A stretch of DNA of 64,000 bases, taken from NCBI RefSeq assembly GCF_006345805.1, contig NC_043020.1:17484001-17548000 (forward strand), in the 5' to 3' direction. The DNA comes from Octopus sinensis (Eukaryota). The position numbers and the translations under genes were made by a program. The first letter of the stretch is position 1, and every line of letters begins with the position of its first letter. A model generated the notes under the pieces. That model saw only the letters and a program-made list of their open reading frames with translations. It ran no database searches and was not told the DNA's origin. This document shows positions 63,580 through 64,000 of the stretch, piece after piece.

Positions 63580-64000
63580 TTATTTCAAGTAACTTATAAC
63601 TAAACACAGTGATTAATGTGCCACAGTACTATTGAAGGGAGACTACTCTGTTACATAATTTACGCAAGCAGTCTTTCAACAGGTGTAATTGCGAAATAAT
63701 AGTTGATCCATACTTAATCATATTTAATCTGTTGTCGTGGGATGAGAAAGCTACGGAAATCAGAGCAGTTTTCCTCTCAACTCTTGAAGACACGAACGTA
63801 ACAGAGAACATTTCCTAAAGAAAAATGTGTTTATATACATAAGTAGCTGTGTGGTAAAATGTTTGCTTCCCAACCACATGGTTCTGGGTTCAGTCTCACT
63901 GTGTGGCACCTTGCGGCGTTAGTGTCTTCTACTATTGCCTCAGATCCACCAAATCTGTGAGTGGATTTCGTTGACGGAAACTGCTAGTGATTACTTTTGA

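Overview
Repeat-dense eukaryotic genomic DNA. The repeat families look like those of a coleoid cephalopod, probably Octopus; this is recognition from memory, not a database search. One host gene is supported: a + strand, three-coding-exon DUF229 (alkaline-phosphatase-superfamily) type II membrane protein at 34489-36859, 42736-43679 and 47983-48252. It gives 1194 aa after splicing, and about 510 aa of basic, low-complexity sequence sits between the N-terminal Cys region and the catalytic core. A CpG-rich stretch near 3.4-4.0 kb may be its non-coding first exon or promoter. The rest is transposon debris and microsatellites. Non-LTR remnants are RTE, Tx1/L1, CR1, R4/Dong and Penelope-like. There are at least four tRNA-derived or RTE-tailed SINE-type families. 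DNA elements include TTAA-flanked piggyBac MITEs with a matching deleted piggyBac, mariner derivatives and a Helentron-type HINE. The most unusual structures are: a 63-bp near-perfect hairpin whose loop is an inverted copy of nearby DNA (28990-29138); a 240-bp whole-length palindrome in intron 1 (40205-40445); a decayed minimal hammerhead ribozyme fold (27791-27857); a five-unit tandem multimer of an RTE-tailed repeat (59856-62055); and a SINE family whose tail repeatedly joins GGTA targets, including a site inside itself. No prokaryote-type system (CRISPR, operon) is supported.
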